DNA of 40,435 nucleotides from an uncultured Candidatus Bathyarchaeia archaeon (GCA_964408475.1 CAYOZM010000002.1:1-40435), one strand, 5' to 3'. Positions 25,117 through 34,981 are shown, counted from the stretch's first letter. Numbers and translations are program-made. Notes: generated by a model from the sequence alone, not told the origin.

Positions 25117-25947
25117 CTATCTTCTTTGTTTTTTCATTTGAATTTGAGTCCTACGCCGTGACGGGTAGGCTTGCGCAACCATGTGAAGTGACTCTTCGTC
25201 TTCGAAGTCGAGGTGTAGGGCAGTAAAATTGCCGGTACAAGGATTTCCTCTACAAACATGAAATGAAACTTCATTATTCTTTATGTGGACGACATATCCA
25301 TACACCGTATTGAGCCTACCATGGCTGCAGATTGAAAATGGGTTTAAACCATACTCGTGCGATCTCAAAAGGCTGAAAACGCCATCGATATTTTCGACCT
25401 TTCCCAGTAGGCGTCTAGCGACCTCATACCGTTTGATCGTTCCCACCGCTCCGTCGTAGACGATTGGGCGTCGACCTTGTCTAATATGATGGTTTGTTCG
25501 CACGGTCTGGGTCGAGTGACGAAAAACCTTCAAATGATTTGCCACTTGAAATGCAGCCACTTCATTCTTCGTCGCCACCACTATATTTCCCCAAGAACAT
25601 CGTTGAGCATGAACAGCCTTCTCTACAACGTCTACTGCGTCATCAATAGTACTGCACTCCTCAGCTATTTTCTGCGTTAGGATATCATAGTTTACTGCAC
25701 TAGGTTTCATTCTTACGTTCGAGTCACAACAGGCTAGGCCTGACGAGTTGACTGCAATCGAAAATCCGGAAAAAACATCGCTATTTGCCGACCTTTCACT
25801 CCAAGATTCTGTGCCCGCTATCGCAAAAACCCCATCTCGGATGACCAGCTGATCGTTGAAATTCTTTCTGCGAAAGTCCTTATTTTTGAAGAGCAGAAAC
25901 TCATTTCCACGTGAGATGATCTTAGCCCCTATCGTGCAATTCGACAT
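25117..25947 (-). CDS. Peptidase C45 / acyl-CoA:6-aminopenicillanic-acid acyltransferase-like Ntn hydrolase
   Basis: The candidate nucleophile is the Cys in MSNCTIGAK. Other motifs are FKNKDF (NRD-like), GFSIAVNSSGL, RTNHH, and LLRSHEYGLNPFSICSHG...GNPCTGNF near the C-terminus. I prefer ATG 25947 to the track start at 26058. The assignment is from motif memory only. Confidence 0.55.
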   Translation of the reverse strand: MSNCTIGAKIISRGNEFLLFKNKDFRRKNFNDQLVIRDGVFAIAGTESWSERSANSDVFSGFSIAVNSSGLACCDSNVRMKPSAVNYDILTQKIAEECSTIDDAVDVVEKAVHAQRCSWGNIVVATKNEVAAFQVANHLKVFRHSTQTVRTNHHIRQGRRPIVYDGAVGTIKRYEVARRLLGKVENIDGVFSLLRSHEYGLNPFSICSHGRLNTVYGYVVHIKNNEVSFHVCRGNPCTGNFTALHLDFEDEESLHMVAQAYPSRRRTQIQMKKQRR

Positions 25948-26227
25948 AAATCTGCACCCCGAGTCCCTTCCAACAAGATGATCGCAGGGACTGATGATAT
26001 TAAGGCTATGCACTCCAAATGATGCGCATAGCGGTCTTTTGAGTTTACCTAAACACATTTTCCGTAAACCAAATATGAAGAGATTATGCTCATGATTTCA
26101 TTTAAGTGTCTTGGAAGAATTTATCCAATCTCTTTGGAAGCAGTCCGTCTTTGTCGAATCAAGAGAGCAAAAATAGCTTCCGAATTAGATATTCTCATAG
26201 TTATAAAAAAGATGATAAGAGAAAGAT

Positions 26228-27385
26228 CTAGGTGTTCTCCAGTTGATATAGGTCTAAGTCTAAGCCAAGATTCTGATCTGTTCCGACATCAGGCTCCAGA
26301 TTATACATCTCCACAGGTATCACCCCAAACCCATTGAACAATTGAAAAGGCTTCACGCCGGTCAAAAGAAGCGTAACGCGAAGAGAATCGTAGATCGAAG
26401 AATCTACTGTCGCGCCCCATGTAATGAAGGCCCCAGGCTTCAAGCTCTCAGTAATGATTTCAGCTACTCTAGAAGCTTCTGCGAGAGTTAACATCTCATC
26501 GCCAGACACATGAATGAGAGCTCCGGTAGCCTCACTAAAGTCGGCTCTCAGAAGTGGAGAACTCAGTGCATTTCTAGCGGCTTGTTCTGCTCTAAATGGT
26601 GAACTTGATTCCCCGATGGCAGTGATCGCTATACCACCTGTCTTCATCACAGTTTTGAACTCTGCGAAATCTATATTGATCAGGCTCGGTGAAGCGAGAG
26701 ATTCAGAGATTCCTTTGATCATATTCGCGACGATTCTGTCAGCCACAGAGAAAGCGTAATCGTTTGTGGGAATCGGAAACAACTCCGTAACCCTATCGTT
26801 TTCCACGACCGCTACGGTATCGCATGCATCCCCCAGCTCTTTCAATCCTCTAACCGCAAGCGAATGCCTCTCGAACTGAACTCTTGACGGCATTGTAACC
26901 GCGCCGACTACAACTGCGCCGTTCTCTCTCGCAAGTTTTGCTAGTGCTGGCGCTACAGTTGTCCCCGTTTCTCCACCCATCCCTGCTGTAATGAAGACTA
27001 CATCAACGTTATCGAGTAGCGGCGATATCTCAATAATAGATTCTTGAACAGCTTCTCTATACGTCTGGAAGCTTTCTTCTGCGCCGTAGCTTTTCGCGAC
27101 ACCACTATCAACCAGAATCTTGATATGAGCACGTGTCGAATCCAAATGTTGCTTATCCGTGTTCACAGCGACACACTCGACGCCTGTAATCCCTGACTCC
27201 ATCAATCTATTGACAGTATTGCTGCCCGCACCGCCAATTCCAAGTACAAGAATTCTCGCAAGGTCGGGTTGACGGATCGTCGGTATCGAAGGCTTGTGGG
27301 AAGTCACTTGATACACCTTAGATGATCGCCGCAAGTTTGTTCCTCGCAAAAGACTGTGTTGGTCCAGGTTCGCGGTAAGTAGCAT
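26228..27385 (-). CDS. ftsZ: FtsZ/tubulin-family protein, divergent (degenerate GTP-binding loops)
   Basis: [18 protein letters not shown] and AVNTDKQHL (FtsZ signature 1) are intact. The T4 loop reads [12 protein letters not shown] instead of GGGTG(T/S)G. The T3 region reads [11 protein letters not shown] instead of GLGAGANPEVG. The T7 region is [11 protein letters not shown]. Confidence 0.8.
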   Translation of the reverse strand: MLLTANLDQHSLLRGTNLRRSSKVYQVTSHKPSIPTIRQPDLARILVLGIGGAGSNTVNRLMESGITGVECVAVNTDKQHLDSTRAHIKILVDSGVAKSYGAEESFQTYREAVQESIIEISPLLDNVDVVFITAGMGGETGTTVAPALAKLARENGAVVVGAVTMPSRVQFERHSLAVRGLKELGDACDTVAVVENDRVTELFPIPTNDYAFSVADRIVANMIKGISESLASPSLINIDFAEFKTVMKTGGIAITAIGESSSPFRAEQAARNALSSPLLRADFSEATGALIHVSGDEMLTLAEASRVAEIITESLKPGAFITWGATVDSSIYDSLRVTLLLTGVKPFQLFNGFGVIPVEMYNLEPDVGTDQNLGLDLDLYQLENT

Positions 27386-27548
27386 ACACTCTGTCGGAGC
27401 CTATATAGCGTTGCGTAATTCAGATGTAATACAACTGCATTACGAACGCCATCGATTCTCCGCGCCCACTCCACAGAGGCTTTCCTAATCTATACAAGGA
27501 CCTGCGAATTCCGGTAAAATGCCTTCTCTGTTTTCGGACTCATCGTGT

Positions 27549-28979
27549 TTATGTTGTCTCGTCAAATCGTCGGATAGAAGATCTGTGATTGGACCGTAGA
27601 ACTGTGCCTTCTAGATATCGTGAATATGCTCCAGTAATCTTTGTAAGAACTCTCTTGCCGAGAAGGCTGGGATCTTGAAGAATAACGATCTTGTAGTTGC
27701 TTGTCCTGCCGATTGGTTTCCCTTTCGAATTCTTTGCTGTGACATAAACATATTCTTCGAGGCCGACCATCCTCAGATTGCTTTCAAGACTTAGTTGGGC
27801 ACAGATGCTAGCCATTATCTTCGACCTTTCGCTTACGACTGAGACAGGCAACTCTTTCATTCTGGATGCAGCTGTGCCAGTACGAGGGGCGAACTTCGAT
27901 ATGTTGACTATATCTGGTCTGGTTTTCTTCACCAATTCGGATGATAGGGCGAAATCCTGATCCGTCTCCGTGGGGAATCCCACGATCATATCGGTGGCTA
28001 TGGTTATCTGAGGGATATTCTCCCTGAGTGCCTCGACGATTTCTATGAAGTCTTGAACCTGATACGGCCTAAGCATCGTCTCCAGAACTGTGTCTGAGCC
28101 TGATTGTACCGGCAGGTGAGAAAACTTGTAGAGCTTCGGGCTCTTGTACAGGTCCAAGATCCCTTCGGGCATCTCTCTAACCCAATTCGGATTCATCATC
28201 CCGAGCCTGACGCGGAAATCTCCTGGAATCTCGATCACTCTTCGAACTAGATCCGTAAGTTTGGCTCCAACGTCCTTCCCGTAAGCGGCTATATCTTGGC
28301 CCGTCAACCAGATTTCCATAACTCCATTTTGAATTGCATTTCGAATTCTATTGAGAATGAGGTCTTGTGGGTAAGACTGTAGCTTGCCTCTGGCGAATCT
28401 TACACAGCAGTAGGCGCAGACTCCAGCGCAACCTTCAGCCACTTCAACGATCTCGATGAACCTGTTGAGTCTTAGATGAGGCAGGGCCGGCTTGATCGCT
28501 GGCCGATCTGAAAAGTATCTCTTCCATTTCTCACCCCTTTCTGCAGCTCGAGCCGCTTCAACTATCTGCGAGATAGAGAATGGATCTATTGTTACTGAGT
28601 AGTTCGGCACAGCATTCTTGACTGCTTCAAAATTTATCTTTGGCAAGCAGCCTGATATTACGATCGGCTTGTTCAAACGGCTCAGGAGACCGAGTCTAGA
28701 AATTATTCTATCTTCAGTTGGCTTCTTGACGGCGCACGTATTGATGAGTATAATATCTGACGTAGATACGTCCGAGTGCTGTATGTACCCGGCATTCGAT
28801 AGTAGGGCTAGCATTATTTCGAGGTCGTGCTTGTTGGAGGCGCATCCGTAGTTCTCGACGTAAACGAGTTTGCCTCCGCTACCTATACTGGAAACTTCTT
28901 CGCGCGCAGGTCGCTGTATCAGAGGGCTAGATTCTTGAGGCTCTGAGTTTGCGCACTCCATCGAGTATTCCTTTATCAA
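27549..28979 (-). CDS. Radical-SAM methylthiotransferase, archaeal MiaB-like / MtaB (CDKAL1) type, with a TRAM domain
   Basis: MTTase N-domain (VYVENYGCASNKHDLEIM ... NTCAVK ... SGCL), radical-SAM cluster motif CAGVCAYC, and a C-terminal TRAM-like region. The start is TTG 28979 or ATG 28961. Confidence 0.9.
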   Translation of the reverse strand: MIKEYSMECANSEPQESSPLIQRPAREEVSSIGSGGKLVYVENYGCASNKHDLEIMLALLSNAGYIQHSDVSTSDIILINTCAVKKPTEDRIISRLGLLSRLNKPIVISGCLPKINFEAVKNAVPNYSVTIDPFSISQIVEAARAAERGEKWKRYFSDRPAIKPALPHLRLNRFIEIVEVAEGCAGVCAYCCVRFARGKLQSYPQDLILNRIRNAIQNGVMEIWLTGQDIAAYGKDVGAKLTDLVRRVIEIPGDFRVRLGMMNPNWVREMPEGILDLYKSPKLYKFSHLPVQSGSDTVLETMLRPYQVQDFIEIVEALRENIPQITIATDMIVGFPTETDQDFALSSELVKKTRPDIVNISKFAPRTGTAASRMKELPVSVVSERSKIMASICAQLSLESNLRMVGLEEYVYVTAKNSKGKPIGRTSNYKIVILQDPSLLGKRVLTKITGAYSRYLEGTVLRSNHRSSIRRFDETT

Positions 28980-29004
28980 CCATGGCCGGGACGCGAGGTC
29001 ACTG

Positions 29005-29295
29005 CTATCCCCCGCCGACTGGGGGGATCATTGCGAACTGACAACCTTCATAGAGTTTTGTCTTCAACCCGTTCATCGTAGTAACGCTTCTCCCGTCCAT
29101 CAGGAATTGCAGACTGTCTCTAGGGGAATTTGTCTTCTCATCGAATACGTATTCCCTGAACTTCTTCCCGTATTTCTCAACTAGAATCTTAAGGAGGTCC
29201 TCTACAGTCGCGCCGTCCTTCAGCTCTACCAGTTCCTCTTTCTTTCCCGTAATCTCTCTAACCGAAGCGAAGAACTTTGCATTAACCTTCATCAC
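29005..29295 (-). CDS. MoaD/ThiS-family ubiquitin-like small protein (SAMP-like) ending in Gly-Gly
   Basis: 96 aa, MMKVNAKFFASVREITGKKE...IPPVGGG. It has a beta-grasp MoaD pattern and a C-terminal diglycine. Confidence 0.8.
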   Translation of the reverse strand: MMKVNAKFFASVREITGKKEELVELKDGATVEDLLKILVEKYGKKFREYVFDEKTNSPRDSLQFLMDGRSVTTMNGLKTKLYEGCQFAMIPPVGGG

Positions 29296-29384
29296 TACCG
29301 CCTTCCGAGAAGATTACACTTGATCTTCGGCTAGTCTTACAGTTTTCCTTGAATTGTACTTTTCGGTGTTAATAAGTATGTAGG

Positions 29385-30899
29385 TCAACGCTTGATTCTC
29401 CAAGTTAGACACATAGATTTCGGATGCGATGCTTTAACATCATCTACTCTAGCTACAGTCGTGTTTTGAGGTGCTTCCAAGACTGCTTTCGGATTGTCAT
29501 AGGCTTCTTCACTTATACTAGTCATAGCCTTGATGAAGTTGTCCAAGTCTTCTTTACTCTCTGTCTCAGTCGGCTCGACCATCAACGCTTCGTCTACGAT
29601 TAACGGGAAGTACATGGTTGGCGCATGCACACCATAATCAAGAAGTCTTTTGGAAATGTTCAGAGCACGGACTCCAGTCTCTTTGTTTAGTTTCGATGCG
29701 CTTATGACAAACTCATGTTTTCTAGGTTTCTCTGGAGAGTAGAGGAGTTCATATCCTTTAGCCTTTAAGACCATTCTAGCTACATAGTTCGCGTTGAGAA
29801 CCGAAAGTTCAGCCACTTCTTCAAGACCTTCAGCTCCCATAGAGAGAATGTAGGCGTATGCTTTCATTAGTACGTTGACATTCCCGTAGAAGCCTCTAAC
29901 CTTCCCAATGCTCAATGGCTTATCGTAGTTGAAACGATATCTTTCGCCATCGAACTCCAAAGTTGGGACGGGAAGAAAATCTTCTAGCTTCTTTACCACT
30001 CCTATAGGTCCTGAACCTGGGCCTCCACCTCCGTGAGGCGTTGCGAACGTTTTGTGTATATTGATGTGAACTATATCGAAACCCATATCTCCTGGCCTCG
30101 TCTTGCCCAGAATCGCGTTGAGGTTTGCTCCATCATAGTAGAGCAGCCCTCCAGCCGAGTGGACTATCTTCGATATCTCCAAGATATTCTTCTCGAATAC
30201 TCCAATCGTGTTCGGACTCGTCAGCATCAAGCCCGCCGTCTGTTCGCCCACAGCCGCCTTCAGCGCCTCTATATCTACGCAACCTTCACTGTCTGAAGGA
30301 ACTACGACGACCTTGAACCCCGCCATGGTAGCGCTTGCCGGGTTCGTTCCGTGAGCTGAGTCTGGAACTATCATCTCAGTCCTCTTTTCGAGCTGGCCCG
30401 TAGATTTGTGGTAAGCCCGCATAATCAATGCGCCGACGAGTTCCCCGTGCGCTCCAGCCGATGCTTGTAGAGAGAACTTATCCATCCCAGTTATTTCAGA
30501 GAGATACCCCTCAAGTTTGTAGAGAACCTCCAGTATGCCTTGAGTGAGGCTTCCATCTTGATAGGGGTGGAGATCTTGAATCTTGGTCGAAGCCGCAGCA
30601 ACTTCACAGATCTTTGGAGTGTACTTCATGGTGCAGCTTCCTAGCGGATATATCCCCAAGTCAACGCCATAGTTCTGTTGCGAGAGACGAGTGTAATGTC
30701 TAACAACCTCCACTTCAGAAACCTCAGGGAGGCCAGCGTCCTCCCCTCTCAACATTTTCTTCGGTATGATTAAATCCAAACCCCCAACTATCCGCGCCTC
30801 CTCCGGGTCCGGCTGTAAAGGAAGATGCCCTACCTTTCCTCGACGTGATCTCTCGAAGATCAGAGGCTCATTCCATCTAGCTTGCTTGAAATTCAACAT
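29385..30899 (-). CDS. gcvPB: Glycine dehydrogenase (decarboxylating) subunit 2 (P-protein beta)
   Basis: 504 aa. The PLP-lysine motif is HINIHKTFATPHGGGGPG, and the N-terminus is the typical ERSRRGK. Confidence 0.95.
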   Translation of the reverse strand: MLNFKQARWNEPLIFERSRRGKVGHLPLQPDPEEARIVGGLDLIIPKKMLRGEDAGLPEVSEVEVVRHYTRLSQQNYGVDLGIYPLGSCTMKYTPKICEVAAASTKIQDLHPYQDGSLTQGILEVLYKLEGYLSEITGMDKFSLQASAGAHGELVGALIMRAYHKSTGQLEKRTEMIVPDSAHGTNPASATMAGFKVVVVPSDSEGCVDIEALKAAVGEQTAGLMLTSPNTIGVFEKNILEISKIVHSAGGLLYYDGANLNAILGKTRPGDMGFDIVHINIHKTFATPHGGGGPGSGPIGVVKKLEDFLPVPTLEFDGERYRFNYDKPLSIGKVRGFYGNVNVLMKAYAYILSMGAEGLEEVAELSVLNANYVARMVLKAKGYELLYSPEKPRKHEFVISASKLNKETGVRALNISKRLLDYGVHAPTMYFPLIVDEALMVEPTETESKEDLDNFIKAMTSISEEAYDNPKAVLEAPQNTTVARVDDVKASHPKSMCLTWRIKR

Positions 30900-32288
30900 C
30901 TATCCCTCCAAAATCTCCGCAAGCGATTCCGCCAGCATGTCGATGTCTCGCCTTGCGTGAATCTCCGTTACGCAATAGAGAGTTGTCTCTCTGAGCTCTG
31001 GAAATTCATGGCTGACTATCTTTCCGCCGTGAATTCCTTTCCTCAGGAGCTGCTGATGGATTTCTTGAACAGTCTTGCCTGATCGTTCAAAGTTCACTGT
31101 GAACTCTTTGAAGTGCGGTGCATCGAAGACTGGAGTTCTCAGCCCTTTGATCTCTGAGAACCGCTTCATCGCATACTGAGACTTCGTTAGAATCGTTTTG
31201 CACAAGCTGTTTAGGCCTCTGGGTCCCAGTAGCGCAAGGTAGACTGCTGCAGCAACAGCGCACAAAGCTTCGTTCGAGCAGATATTTGATGTAGCCTTCT
31301 CCCTTCTGATATGCTGCTCTCTAGTTTGAAGAACCATACAGTACGCCCTCTGTGAACCATCGACTGTCGTGGTCATCCCGATTATTCTCCCAGGCATCTG
31401 TCGAAGCAAACGCTCGCCGTGGCACGCAAATATCCCTAGAAGTGGACCTCCAAAGTTCATCCTATTTCCAAGCGGTTGTCCTTCCCCGATCGCTATGTCA
31501 GCGCCGTATTCTCCCGGAGGCTTCAAGATTCCTAGAGAGATCGGATCAACCCCAACGATGAACAGAGCCTCTTTTCCATGCGCTACTTCCCCGATCGCTT
31601 CAACCTCAGTCTCTATATGGCCTAAGTATGAGGGATTCTCAACGTAGACTCCAGCGGTCTTGCTTGAGATCTTCTTCTCCAAATCCTCTAGAATAATCTG
31701 CCCTGTCTCCGCATCCTGCTGAACTTCAACTATCTCTATTCCAACAGGCTCAGAGTAAGCCCTTAGAGTAGCCAACCTCTCAGGATGCAAGTAGTGCGGT
31801 ACGATAATCTCATTCTTCCCTGTAACTCTTGAAGCCATTCTCGCAGCTTCTCCAAGAGCTGAAGCCCAATCGTATAATGAGCAGTTAGCGAAATCCATCT
31901 CAGTTAGCGCGCAGATCATGCTTTGATACTCGAATAGTGCTTGCAGCATCCCTTGAGATGCCTCAGGCTGATAGGGCGTGTATGAAGTTAGGAACTCGCC
32001 TCTTTGAACGATCTCTTCAACAACAGCAGGCACGTAGTGAGGCCACACACCAGCGCCGAGGAAGACGGGAATATCAGCGCTCGAAGTGTTCTTCTCCAAT
32101 GTTTTCGCGATCTGTTGTCTTACCTCCAGTTCAGAGTAGGGGCCTGGTATCTGAAGGCGCCTCTTGAGCTTCACCTCGTTCGGAACATCTTTAAAGAGTT
32201 CACCTATGTCACCTATGCCGATTTCCTTCATCATCTCTCTCCGTATTTCTTCAACACCGGTAGGCAAGTACGGATGAGGCTTAGCCAA
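30900..32288 (-). CDS. gcvPA: Glycine dehydrogenase (decarboxylating) subunit 1 (P-protein alpha)
   Basis: 462 aa with TSYTPYQPEASQGMLQALFEYQ, typical of GcvPA. It directly abuts gcvPB. Confidence 0.95.
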   Translation of the reverse strand: MAKPHPYLPTGVEEIRREMMKEIGIGDIGELFKDVPNEVKLKRRLQIPGPYSELEVRQQIAKTLEKNTSSADIPVFLGAGVWPHYVPAVVEEIVQRGEFLTSYTPYQPEASQGMLQALFEYQSMICALTEMDFANCSLYDWASALGEAARMASRVTGKNEIIVPHYLHPERLATLRAYSEPVGIEIVEVQQDAETGQIILEDLEKKISSKTAGVYVENPSYLGHIETEVEAIGEVAHGKEALFIVGVDPISLGILKPPGEYGADIAIGEGQPLGNRMNFGGPLLGIFACHGERLLRQMPGRIIGMTTTVDGSQRAYCMVLQTREQHIRREKATSNICSNEALCAVAAAVYLALLGPRGLNSLCKTILTKSQYAMKRFSEIKGLRTPVFDAPHFKEFTVNFERSGKTVQEIHQQLLRKGIHGGKIVSHEFPELRETTLYCVTEIHARRDIDMLAESLAEILEG

Positions 32289-32421
32289 ACAGGTTCCCTC
32301 CCAAACAACATTTCAGAATCTTGATTTGACAGCATAGAAGTATTATTGATTGCGGTATGAGCGAAGAGACTTAGCCAACGTCGGTCTAAGCGCCGGAAAA
32401 ACCTCTAGACATATTGATTTC

Positions 32422-33078
32422 TCATGAGGGTACAACCGCGCATCCGAGATTCGGGCTTGGATTGCCCTGCCTAATCTTATAGAACAAAATTCTAGCTATA
32501 TGCAAGTCTTCTTCTGTATTGACGTTGACAGCCAGTTGCTCATTTTCTACTACCAAGGTTTCCTGCTCCAATTCAGCTTCGTCTACTCGTGTCCCGTCTA
32601 TGACGTTGATACCGACAGGAACCAAATCTCTCCCATTTACGTCAAAAGTTGAATCTGCTTTCAGACCCAATCTGTCGCAAAGCACTGTAGGAACCATAAC
32701 TGATAGAGCTGGTTTCCTGCAACGGTAATAGTTCTCTACGATCTCATTGACAATCCTGTTCGTGATCAATGGAAGATCAGCGGAAACTATTAGCACAGTC
32801 TTCAATCCTAGATTCTTGACCGCGTACTTTACGTCTGAAATGAAATCTAAGCCCGGTGTCTCTAAAACCTCAACTGATAGCTCTCTAGCCCTACTCGCTG
32901 TTCTAGGCGTGTATCTACTAACAGCAACTATGATTCTGTCAACTTCCTCAGCATTCTTCAAGGCGTCTACTATATGCTCTATCATAGGCTTTCCTCCAAC
33001 ATCAAGAAGCGGCTTCTCAAATCGAAGCTTCATGCGTGAGCCCGCGCCGCCAGCCATGACCAGTGCTACTAGGCCCAT
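32422..33078 (-). CDS. cobY: Adenosylcobinamide-phosphate guanylyltransferase, archaeal CobY type (NTP_transferase fold)
   Basis: MGLVALVMAGGAGSRMKLRFEKPLLDVGGKPMIEHIV is a nucleotidyltransferase G-rich loop. The gene is the last in the btu-cob operon. I trimmed the track ORF (to 33240) to ATG 33078, which overlaps the cobS stop by 10 nt. Confidence 0.75.
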   Translation of the reverse strand: MGLVALVMAGGAGSRMKLRFEKPLLDVGGKPMIEHIVDALKNAEEVDRIIVAVSRYTPRTASRARELSVEVLETPGLDFISDVKYAVKNLGLKTVLIVSADLPLITNRIVNEIVENYYRCRKPALSVMVPTVLCDRLGLKADSTFDVNGRDLVPVGINVIDGTRVDEAELEQETLVVENEQLAVNVNTEEDLHIARILFYKIRQGNPSPNLGCAVVPS

Positions 33079-33821
33079 CTGGATACCGCCAAGATTGCTA
33101 GTAAAGAAAACATTCGGGCGAGCTCGTTCGTCGCTCCGAAGACGTCGCCTGTAATCCCTTTGAAGTGCCTGTTCGATACCCACACCATCAATGAAGATGT
33201 AACTATGCCTACGGCTAAGCCGAGAAGCCCGAGAACCCACAGTAAAGGAATCACAATGATCACCGAAATTATGAGCGCTACTGCTAATCGAAGATACCTA
33301 TGCCTACCATGCATGGCTTCAATAAAGTGGATGTTCATGCCCGTATGAGCTGACTTACCAAGCCAAGCCTCGCATACCATCGCAAGCTTCGCCGACACTT
33401 CAGACACAACTAACGCTTGAAGAATGATGCTTGAGCCGATCGCACTAATAGAAGAGGCTGTGGTCAGCAATGTTACGAGACCAAGGGCCAACCCGCCGGC
33501 GCCTGTCCGCTGATCATGCATAACCTCGATCTTCTTCTCTGGCGATCCTTGACACATTAATCCGTCGCCGAAATCCAGTAGGCCATCAGTATGGTGTAAC
33601 CCTGTGACTAGGAGAAGAAAACCTAGCGTTAATATTCCAACTACAAGGCCTTCAAATATCAGGAGAACAGAGAATGCAAAGAGTCCTGCGATCAGTCCGA
33701 TGAAAGCGCCCACCAGAGGGAATAGATGCATGAATTTCGCAGCATCCCTAAAGCACTCAGGGTCCATGTCTACAGGCAGAATTGTGAGGAAGGCTACCAG
33801 ATTCTTCACTTCTTTAATCAA
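33069..33821 (-). CDS. cobS: Adenosylcobinamide-GDP ribazoletransferase (cobalamin 5'-phosphate synthase)
   Basis: 250-aa polytopic membrane protein with the N-terminal FLTILPV motif and an HHTDGLLDFGDGL-type region characteristic of CobS. Confidence 0.85.
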   Translation of the reverse strand: MIKEVKNLVAFLTILPVDMDPECFRDAAKFMHLFPLVGAFIGLIAGLFAFSVLLIFEGLVVGILTLGFLLLVTGLHHTDGLLDFGDGLMCQGSPEKKIEVMHDQRTGAGGLALGLVTLLTTASSISAIGSSIILQALVVSEVSAKLAMVCEAWLGKSAHTGMNIHFIEAMHGRHRYLRLAVALIISVIIVIPLLWVLGLLGLAVGIVTSSLMVWVSNRHFKGITGDVFGATNELARMFSLLAILAVSRWA

Positions 33822-33883
33822 GTCGAGCCTTCCCTATTCATAGATTGCGATCGGCAAATAGGATGAAAGAATGACCTCTCGTC

Positions 33884-34981
33884 TTATGTTCCGACGAGCT
33901 GTTCATAATTTCTCTCAACCTCCTTGAGCAGAGTATGCTTTGTTACAGAGCCCTTTGACTTGAGCATAGCAGCTACAGCTGCTCCTCCAGCGCCAACCCC
34001 TTCCTTCACGACGCCTGCCTCATAGGCTCTTAAGCCGTTGAACTTTGAAGATGTGAAGTCTAGATCTGCAGCCAGTATAGGAATATCAGCTATCTGAGCC
34101 AATATCCCCTTCAAGTCGGATGTCCCATCAGCTAAGATCCATCTGGTCGTTCCGACAGCCAAGTTTTCTAGTAACGCAGGCTTCAAGGCCTTGAGCACAA
34201 CTAGAACCGCGCCCATCTGTGTTCCACCAGCTATAAGGACGGGGACCCTATCCGCTGCTCCAAGAACCAGCCCTGCAAAAGCAGGAATCACAGGATCTCC
34301 TATACATGAAATTGCTCTGGCTGGAATATCTGATAAAGCGCCAAACTCAATACCTGAAGCCTTCAAACCATCTTCGACAACCTTGATTTTAAGGTCGTGT
34401 GGGTTATGTGGCATGCTACTGCTGACCTTGCCCTTGGCATCTACACCCATTGCAAGGAGAGTGCCGAGGGCGGTCGTCGTTCCACCGGGAATACTCTCCC
34501 CTATCACCAGATAGTCCGCTACCTTAGCGAAGTTTTCTCCAGCTATCCTCGCCCTTTCCATAACCTCTTCAACATTCGCGACTGCTCTTCCTGTTCTTAT
34601 GTCTCCTCCAGGACTTCCCCCGAGATCGATGAAAGGCACATGAGGTCTAATTCTCAGTCCACCGCTCACTATGAGCATAGGTATGCTTGCGAGTTTGAGG
34701 GCTGATCTTGTGATGAGAGCGGGTGTGGGTATCCCTTCAGGTGTAACTGGGACGCCTTGAATGCATTTGCACATACCTCGCAGAAGAAGTTCCACATCCG
34801 CGGGAGGCGTATAGTCGGTCAGTTCAGGATTCCTCCCCGCAGCTGATAAGCCTGGGATCTTCGCGGTCTCAGTTGTGCCTATTACACAGACGAAGAGCGG
34901 GTTCTTCTCTACCAGTTGCTCTACAAGCTCTTCGCCTCTAGAAGCATTATGAGCCAAGATGATGTCGAACTGGTTGCTCAT
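33884..34981 (-). CDS. cobT: Archaeal-type CobT (UPF0284/TIGR00303-like nicotinate-nucleotide:dimethylbenzimidazole phosphoribosyltransferase)
   Basis: LFVCVIGTTETAKIPGLSAAG and IGESIPGGTTTA are typical of the archaeal CobT-like family. The start overlaps the btuD-like stop by 4 nt. Confidence 0.8.
   Translation of the reverse strand: MSNQFDIILAHNASRGEELVEQLVEKNPLFVCVIGTTETAKIPGLSAAGRNPELTDYTPPADVELLLRGMCKCIQGVPVTPEGIPTPALITRSALKLASIPMLIVSGGLRIRPHVPFIDLGGSPGGDIRTGRAVANVEEVMERARIAGENFAKVADYLVIGESIPGGTTTALGTLLAMGVDAKGKVSSSMPHNPHDLKIKVVEDGLKASGIEFGALSDIPARAISCIGDPVIPAFAGLVLGAADRVPVLIAGGTQMGAVLVVLKALKPALLENLAVGTTRWILADGTSDLKGILAQIADIPILAADLDFTSSKFNGLRAYEAGVVKEGVGAGGAAVAAMLKSKGSVTKHTLLKEVERNYEQLVGT

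Noticed and set aside
33079-33240. N-terminal 54-codon extension of the CobY ORF in the track (32422..33240)
   Set aside because: It lies entirely inside cobS in another frame. The nucleotidyltransferase Gly-rich loop begins immediately after ATG 33078.
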